Shown here one piece after another: positions 11,875-13,334 of a stretch of DNA of 13,334 bases. Under the pieces are notes generated by a model. The model searched no databases and was not told the DNA's origin. It worked only from the letters and a program-made list of their open reading frames with translations. Every line of letters starts with the position of its first letter. The first letter of the stretch is position 1. The stretch covers positions 1 to 13,334 of the forward strand of contig JBHGNT010000962.1 in the NCBI GenBank assembly GCA_043228905.1, given 5' to 3'. The stretch is from Azolla caroliniana (Eukaryota > Plantae > Polypodiophyta). The translations under genes were made by a program, and so were the position numbers.

Positions 11875-12156
11875 AGGGTTTTGGTTTGGGCGGACATCCT
11901 GAGACTTGAGACGTGGGTATGGATTTGGTTGGGTGGGCGGGTGGTTGGTACAGGAGTAGGGTTTTGGTTTGGGCGGACATCCCCGAGAAGAAGCTCGGGC
12001 CATGGAGGAGTAGGGTTTCGGTTTGGGCGGACATCCCAAGAAGAAGCTCGGGCCATGAAGGACTATAGGGTTTTGGTTTGGGCGGACATCCCGAGAAGAA
12101 GCTCGGGCCATGAAGGACTATAGGGTTTCGGTTTGGCCGGACAAGAAGCTCGGGCC
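11875..12156. repeat. GC-rich ~54-55-bp tandem repeat (three full copies, one internally deleted copy, one detached partial copy)
   Basis: Unit TAGGGTTT(T/C)GGTTTGGGCGGACATCCCGAGAAGAAGCTCGGGCCATG(G/A)AGGA(G/CTA) starts at 11957, 12011, 12066 and 12121. A partial copy lies at 11875-11904. Confidence 0.97.
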
Positions 12157-12230
12157 GGACTTTTATGTTTTATGTGGCCCCAGTTTTCTGCAGCATTTTG
12201 AGCAAATCAGTAAATACTAAACATTCTCTT

Positions 12231-12232
<2 letters not shown>

Positions 12233-12262
<30 letters not shown>
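12233..12262. repeat. (CT)15 microsatellite / GAGA-type element in the phosphorylase promoter or 5'UTR
   Basis: Directly visible, ~200 bp upstream of the ATG at 12467. Confidence 0.95.
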
Positions 12263-12272
<10 letters not shown>

Positions 12273-12466
12273 GTTAAGACTTTCCTTAATTCATTCGGTT
12301 GGTTTCCGTTTTCACGGAAAGGACGAGCTCCTCCTGCGTAGGATCGACAGTTTTAGGGTTCACTCGGGGTTTATCAGGACACAGAGAGAACGGCATAACT
12401 TAGGGGTTCACCAGAGAAAGACAGGCCGTAGAGGAGCGAAAAGAAGCAGGAACAGAAAGAGAGAGG

Positions 12467-13270
12467 ATGCTAAGCCTTGCCCATTATCAAGATAAGTTGC
12501 TCTGCCGCACCTCGCTAATACCCTCGTGTCAATGCGTTAATCCTAATATAGCTCAATGCACAAACCCTAATTACATTCAATGCAGAAACTCTAGTTATCC
12601 TCCATGCACAGTGGTAGCCCGATCTCGTCACCATATGCGATGTGGAGCTACGGAGAAACTCAGACACAACAATACAGGGGAATCAACGAAAGATTCTGAT
12701 CCTCAATCTCATCAACATTCCTATTTAGATTCCGGTTCCTCATCTGTGAATCTCGCCTCCGTAGTAGTAGACTTCGACAATGATACCGATTCGTCTCACA
12801 CTATTGTTCACATAACTTCAGCTGGGGGCCCTGGTTTTCTGCACCTTGTGATCAATGCAATGAAAAATCTTGGGTTCTCTGTTTCTAAAGCCAAAATAGA
12901 GTATGAAGATGGCATTCTTCGAGAGCAATTTTGGATCAATACTGGCCCTCGTGAAGGATCAAAACTTGTGAATGATAAAGACATAGAAAATGTGAAGAAA
13001 GTTCTTTCTAATGCTATGTATGAACATCTGCCTCCTGTATCGGAGAGAACTATTTGTGCAAAGAGAATGATGCCGACTAAACTTTATAAAAGACATGAGC
13101 TGTCTGAGATTGAATCTAGCGAGTATCAAAGGCGAACTGATCTACTCTTCAGACTCATGGATCAATACCTTAAGAATGATGTCTATTCCATCCAAAAGAG
13201 CATTGTTGATCATGTAGAGTACACTATTGCTCGGTCACGGTTCCGGTTTGATGACTTCGAAGCTTATCAG
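12467..13270 (+). CDS. First coding exon (268 codons) of an alpha-glucan/glycogen phosphorylase (GT35) with an N-terminal extension and ACT domain; gene continues beyond the window
   Basis: Stop-free from ATG 12467 (in-frame upstream TAG at 12401) to the phase-0 donor CAG|GTATTT at 13270/13271. Encodes [21 protein letters not shown]..., an ACT-like segment [60 protein letters not shown]...[14 protein letters not shown] (12761-13018), and [42 protein letters not shown], which matches the start of the phosphorylase core. Confidence 0.9.
12530..12610 (+). repeat. Degenerate 24-bp in-frame coding tandem repeat (3 copies plus a partial)
   Basis: CAATGCGTTAATCCTAATATAGCT / CAATGCACAAACCCTAATTACATT / CAATGCAGAAACTCTAGTTATCCT / CCATGCACA, encoding [27 protein letters not shown]. 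Confidence 0.85.
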
Positions 13271-13334
13271 GTATTTGACATTGTTATTTATTGCTACATT
13301 TGCAGAATCTGTTGTAAGAAAAATGAAAATTGTT
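13271..13334 (+). other. Start of phosphorylase intron 1
   Basis: GT donor after the EAYQ codons; the sequence becomes AT-rich and phosphorylase similarity ends. Confidence 0.85.

Noticed and set aside
11794-12123. Four overlapping ORFs across the GC-rich repeat
   Set aside because: Explained by stop-poor repeat sequence; the 55-bp period shifts frame and the peptides have no recognisable family.
11875-12156. Hairpin-containing direct repeats resembling a CRISPR array
   Set aside because: Units are head-to-tail without unique spacers, there are no cas genes, and the context is eukaryotic and intron-containing.
12303-12320. Perfect 7-bp hairpin TTTCCGT-TTTC-ACGGAAA (similar short one at 5824-5845)
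   Set aside because: Short enough to occur by chance in 13 kb; intrinsic terminators are not relevant in this context.

Overview
AT-rich, intron-containing land-plant nuclear DNA. The actin sequence ([30 protein letters not shown]) looks more like fern or bryophyte actins than seed-plant ones; that is inference. From left to right: (1) the C-terminal part of an L1-type LINE ORF2 on the minus strand (1333 to the left edge, 444 stop-free codons with a zf-RVT CCHC domain), abutting a recent 178-bp tandem duplication. (2) About 5 kb of intergenic sequence with no recognisable coding function. (3) A microsatellite-dense promoter/5' leader and a ~1.5-kb pyrimidine-rich leader intron. (4) A complete four-exon actin gene (377 aa, 8797-10789). 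(5) A ~55-bp GC-rich tandem repeat carrying telo-boxes and hairpins. (6) The first coding exon (12467-13270) of an alpha-glucan/glycogen phosphorylase with a transit-peptide-like N-terminus and an ACT domain. The supplied ORF track misses both the LINE frame and the phosphorylase exon because they run off the window. I see no clear novel multi-gene system. The best leads are the ACT-phosphorylase fusion, four in-register E2F+CHR-like composite sites in the actin leader region, a phase-locked degenerate pentamer array, and the promoter tandem repeat with a possible divergent spliced transcript.
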